A stretch of DNA of 11,816 nucleotides from assembly GCA_964510165.1 (NCBI GenBank), contig CAZEBC010000037.1:13971-25786 (forward strand), in the 5' to 3' direction. The notes beneath the pieces were generated by a model, which worked only from the letters and a program-made list of their open reading frames with translations, was not told the origin of the DNA and ran no database searches. A program made the position numbers and the translations under genes. Of this stretch, positions 8,890 through 11,816 are shown one piece after another (the first letter of the stretch is position 1; each line of letters starts with the position of its first letter). This DNA comes from an uncultured bacterium. Its GTDB lineage: Bacteria > Abyssobacteria > SURF-5.

Positions 8890-10851
8890 TTACGAGGCGG
8901 TCATCATAATCCTGTAGCACCGCATGCAGCGCTCGGCCTCGGCTACGGCCGTCTGCTCGCTGAATCCCAACTCGACTTCCTTCAAATTGCCGATCCGCTC
9001 CTTCGGTGGAAGGGCGGGCATCTTTGCGCGCTTTAAACCGCTCACGCCTGCGCAATATTCCTCTTTATCGACCGGCCCGAGCGCCTGGATGATCTTGCGC
9101 ATCCGCATCAACCTGTCGAAGTCGTCATGCTTTCCGCCGCTCAGGTACTTGTCAATCGAGACCGCTGCCTGAAGACCTTGCTGCACCGCGAGGATTACGG
9201 ACTGAGGGCCGGTTGCGGCGTCTCCGCCCGCGAACACGCCGGGCAGCGTGGTTGCGAGGGAATCGGGGTCGACCTCAAACGTGCTGTACTTGGTGATTCC
9301 AAGCCCGTCAATCGTTTTGAAGTAATCCATGTCCGGCGCCTGGCTGACCGCGGCAATCACAAGATCGGCCTCTATCACAAACTCGGAGCCCTTCACGGGC
9401 ACCGGCCTGCGACGCCCGCTCTGGTCAGGCTCGCCGAGTTCCATCCGTATGCATTCAATGCCTTTGACCTTGCCGTTTTCGCCGATGACCCGGGTGGGCG
9501 CGGCCAGGAAGTGCAGCTTCACGCCTTCGTGCTCGGCCTCTTCCACCTCCCACGGGCTGGCGGGCATCTCGGCGCGGGTTCGTCGATAGACGATGTTCAC
9601 GTCCTCGTAGCCCAAATGGACCGGCACACGCGCGCAGTCGATTGCAGAGTTTCCGCCTCCAATCACTATTACCTTCTTGCCGGAAGGAGGCGGCTCGCCA
9701 AGGTTTATTCGGCGGAGAAAGTCCATGGCATCCATGATGCCCTCGTTTTCTTCCTCGCCGGGGATTTCGAGCTTTCGGCCCTTCATCGCGCCGATGGCCA
9801 GAAAGACGGCCTTGAAACCCTGCGCAAACAAATCCTGAATGGAAAAATCCTTCCCGAGCGCGGTGTTGGTCTTTACCTGCACTCCATATTCCTGCACCTG
9901 CTCGATTTCGCCGTTGACGATGTCGCGCGGCAGGCGGTAGGCCGGTATTCCAAGATGAGTAGTGCCCCCGACAACGGGAGCGGCCTCGAAGATGGTGACG
10001 TCATAATCCCATGCGGCAAGCTCGCGCGCGCATGTTGCACCCGCTGGCCCGCTTCCGACAACGGCCACTTTCCCCTTTTCCCCCGTAGACCGATGTGGGG
10101 CGAATCGGAACTGCTTCTGCCTGATAAGCTTCTTCTCGTAATCTGAGACGGACCGCTTCAGGTAAGCTATGGAGATCGGCTCGTCAACTTCGCCTCGCTT
10201 GCACAGCGTCTCGCATGGATGGAAGCACGCACGGCCGCATACCGCCGCAAACGGGTTCGGCGCGCGGGCAACATCTATGGCTGTATTGTATTTGTGTTCT
10301 CGTATGAGTTCAATGTAACGCGCTGCGTCGGTCGAGGCGGGGCAACCGATATTGCACGGCGCCATCATGATCGATTCGGTCGGCGCCGCCGCGCACTTCT
10401 TGCCCTTCAAGTGGGCCTCGAATTCGGCATGGAAGTTATCAAGCGCATCAAGGAGCGGCTTCTCCATCGCGATGCCGAAACCGCACAGCGCCGTGCTGCG
10501 GATGTCGCTTACGAGTGGTCTTAGCCTCTCGACGTCACAGATATCGCCCTCGCCGCTTGCGATCCGGGACAGCGTATCATATATAACGCGCGAACCGACC
10601 CGGCAGGGAAAACACTTGCCGCACGACTTCGCCTGCACCTGCTCGAAGAAGCTGGTCATCAACTGAACGACGCACACATCCTGGCTCAGCAGGACGAGAC
10701 CGCCCCATCCGACGACCGCTTTGAGGTTCGGCGGGCATTTGTCACTTGCGAAAAACTTCGTGTGAGCGGCGGGGATTTTGTCGGCGGTCTCCTCGCCAGC
10801 CAGTTTTCCGCATGGTTTCACAAACCAACTGTCAAAAAAAATCTCGGCCAA
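8890..10851 (-). CDS. sfrB: SfrB-like FAD/Fe-S NADP(H) oxidoreductase (N-terminal NuoF-type 4Fe-4S domain + GltD/NfnB-like domain)
   Basis: SCGKCFPCRVG...ALCGFG (NuoF N3-type cluster), APCNIGCPA and VCGRACFHPCETLCKR (GltD-type Fe-S domain), VAVVGSGPAG (FAD), GIPAYRLP, VIGGGNSAIDC followed by YRR (NADPH-type site), PGVFAGGD, and C-terminal EAERCMRCYR. TTG start with a GGGAGAG RBS. Confidence 0.85.
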   Translation of the reverse strand: MAEIFFDSWFVKPCGKLAGEETADKIPAAHTKFFASDKCPPNLKAVVGWGGLVLLSQDVCVVQLMTSFFEQVQAKSCGKCFPCRVGSRVIYDTLSRIASGEGDICDVERLRPLVSDIRSTALCGFGIAMEKPLLDALDNFHAEFEAHLKGKKCAAAPTESIMMAPCNIGCPASTDAARYIELIREHKYNTAIDVARAPNPFAAVCGRACFHPCETLCKRGEVDEPISIAYLKRSVSDYEKKLIRQKQFRFAPHRSTGEKGKVAVVGSGPAGATCARELAAWDYDVTIFEAAPVVGGTTHLGIPAYRLPRDIVNGEIEQVQEYGVQVKTNTALGKDFSIQDLFAQGFKAVFLAIGAMKGRKLEIPGEEENEGIMDAMDFLRRINLGEPPPSGKKVIVIGGGNSAIDCARVPVHLGYEDVNIVYRRTRAEMPASPWEVEEAEHEGVKLHFLAAPTRVIGENGKVKGIECIRMELGEPDQSGRRRPVPVKGSEFVIEADLVIAAVSQAPDMDYFKTIDGLGITKYSTFEVDPDSLATTLPGVFAGGDAATGPQSVILAVQQGLQAAVSIDKYLSGGKHDDFDRLMRMRKIIQALGPVDKEEYCAGVSGLKRAKMPALPPKERIGNLKEVELGFSEQTAVAEAERCMRCYRIMMTAS

Positions 10852-10875
10852 TGATTTCTCTCCCGATACTCAACC

Positions 10876-10968
10876 CTGCGCGATATGGGGCTATCGCACA
10901 GTCACTATGCCGGAGATGGCGGGCATCTTTCGGGGCTTCGGTCCAAAATCCTCCAAACGGCCCCGAAA
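10876..10968 (-). other. Structured 5' leader with three consecutive hairpins
   Basis: Inverted repeats: TTTCGGGGC/GCCCCGAAA (10928-10936 / 10960-10968, perfect 9 bp); ATGCC/GGCAT (10907-10911 / 10922-10926); and CUGUGCGAUA/UAUCGCGCAG on the mRNA (10901..10892 / 10885..10876, 10 bp with one G-U). Confidence 0.5.
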
Positions 10969-10981
10969 TTCACAAGCATAT

Positions 10982-11010
10982 TTTATAGCATGTTTCGCAA
11001 TGGATGTCAA
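10982..11010 (-). promoter_or_regulatory. sigma70-type promoter of the sfrBA-nuoJKLMN operon
   Basis: The minus strand reads TTGACA (11010..11005), a 17-nt spacer ending in TGC (extended -10 TGn), then TATAAA (10987..10982). An A/T tract upstream (11032..11042) may act as an UP element. Predicted TSS is about 10975. Confidence 0.8.
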
Positions 11011-11090
11011 GAGGTTGCGACGCCGCGCGTCAAAAAAACTTTGGCGCATGCTCTGAAAGTATATTTTTGATGGAGAAGCGACTGAAAGTG

Positions 11091-11525
11091 TCACGTCTTC
11101 TGCGGCCCCGGAACCGGGAACGCCACCGGCTTTATCGAGCGGAATATGTTGTAAACGAAAAATAAGATCGAGACCACATGCCCAATGCCGGAAACTGCGA
11201 TCCCTGCGCGCATCGCGCCGACATACGGCGTCATCTCCATGGCTGTCCAGAAAACCGCCATCAGCGCCAGCGTCACGGTCCCGAGATAATAATGCGCCAC
11301 CATCAAGGTCCGGCTGTGAATCAGCATACCGCTAAACCTGGGCAAAACATGGTAACCTACTCCGTAAATCATCATTGCCATGAACCCGAGCAGGTTCAGG
11401 TGAGTGTGCGCATTGACGAAATAGAGTGCATGGTACGGAAACATGGCCATATCGATGCCCAGGGCCGAGCCTGTAATCAGGCTGACCAGGCTTGTCTTGA
11501 TGAACAGAATCACATACTTGTCCAT
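11091..11525 (-). CDS. Small 4-TM membrane protein resembling the HxH (heme-ligand) segment of heme-copper oxidase / cbb3 subunit I
   Basis: The likely start is ATG at 11525 (MDKYVILF, 144 aa) with a GAGGAGG RBS 8 nt upstream, rather than the TTG at 11561. It has four hydrophobic segments and the motif AHTHLNLLGFMAMMIYGVGYHVLPRFSG. Confidence 0.75.
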   Translation of the reverse strand: MDKYVILFIKTSLVSLITGSALGIDMAMFPYHALYFVNAHTHLNLLGFMAMMIYGVGYHVLPRFSGMLIHSRTLMVAHYYLGTVTLALMAVFWTAMEMTPYVGAMRAGIAVSGIGHVVSILFFVYNIFRSIKPVAFPVPGPQKT

Positions 11526-11557
11526 GGCGTCTACCTCCTCCGTTGACTCTCTCTGCC

Positions 11558-11692
11558 TCAAGGTTCCTTCATTCGGTCATCAACTATCTTGCTGTCATGG
11601 AGAAGCACCAGTCTTCGCGCATACTTCATGACCATATTGTCCTGCGTGGAAAAGAGGAAGGTGATTTCTCTCCGTTCATTCATTTCCTTCAT
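11558..11692 (-). pseudogene. C-terminal remnant of a LolD/MacB-type ABC transporter ATP-binding protein
   Basis: Hand translation: MKEMNERREITFLFSTQDNMVMKYARRLVLLHDSKIVDDRMKEP*. This matches the post-D-loop end of LolD-like ATPases (TxxxxTHD...A.R...L.DG.I), with the H-loop His replaced by Gln and DG by DS. The frame hits a stop about 10 codons upstream, and no Walker A/B is present in frame. Confidence 0.65.
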
Positions 11693-11695
11693 CAC

Positions 11696-11816
11696 TGCTG
11701 TCCAAGATAACTGAGTTTTCAGGTTTCAGGCATAGCGGAATCCAATGAATATGGGCCTTTTGGACGGGTCATGACCGACTTTCGTTTTGAGGTCCCCCCA
11801 TATGCTGTCCAAGTTA
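11696..11816. repeat. Direct repeat TGCTGTCCAAG(A/T)TA, two copies 107 bp apart; possible IS/MITE ends
   Basis: tgctgtccaagata at 11696-11709 and tgctgtccaagtta at 11803-11816 (13/14 identical). The first copy abuts the break point of the ABC ATPase remnant. Confidence 0.5.

Noticed and set aside
8890-10851. Glutamate synthase small subunit (gltD) call
   Set aside because: No adjacent gltB; it has an extra N-terminal NuoF-type cluster domain and a C-terminally placed EAxRCxxC, and it pairs with an SfrA/NuoG-like gene.
10958-10975. Rex operator (TTGTGAA half-site near the TSS)
   Set aside because: Only one half-site (TTCACAA, 10969-10975) is present; the partner half at the required 4-nt spacing does not match.
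11019-11038. GACGC-N3-GCGTC hairpin next to an A7 tract as a terminator
   Set aside because: On the minus strand the U-tract precedes the stem, and on the plus strand the stem is followed by As, which is the wrong geometry for an intrinsic terminator either way.
11041-11057. sigma54-like TTGGCGC-N4-TCTGAA on the plus strand
   Set aside because: The -12 GC is absent (TGA), and it would point antisense into the small membrane gene.
11526-11561. Longer TTG start (11561) for the small membrane gene
   Set aside because: The extension contains the GAGGAGG RBS for the ATG at 11525 and overlaps the stop of the ABC remnant.
10852-11673. 12-bp direct repeat TGATTTCTCTCC at 10852-10863 and 11662-11673
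   Set aside because: A few 12-mer matches are expected by chance in about 12 kb. One copy is the sfrB RBS region and the other is coding sequence of the ABC remnant.

Overview
Bacterial, GC-rich window occupied almost entirely by one minus-strand operon. A near-consensus sigma70 promoter (TTGACA-N17-TATAAA, 11010..10982) and a structured ~125-nt leader precede an SfrB-like NADP(H)-type flavo-Fe-S oxidoreductase (NuoF-type 4Fe-4S domain fused to a GltD/NfnB-like domain) and an SfrA/NuoG-like Fe-S protein lacking the Mo-ligand Cys. These run with a 3-nt gap into the complex I membrane-arm genes nuoJ-nuoK-nuoL-nuoM-nuoN (nuoN runs off the left edge). No nuoA-F, nuoH or nuoI lie between the promoter and nuoN. 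NuoL carries a 26-aa tandem duplication in its amphipathic transverse helix, the signature of four-pump ('2M') complex I variants, yet only one nuoM is visible. NuoM has a ~95-aa His/Pro-rich tail. Upstream are a small 4-TM protein resembling the HxH region of heme-copper oxidase subunit I, and a C-terminal remnant of an ABC ATPase cut off at a repeated, IS-end-like sequence. The best candidate for an unusual system is an NADP(H)-linked, possibly four-pump, complex I-like ion-translocating enzyme.
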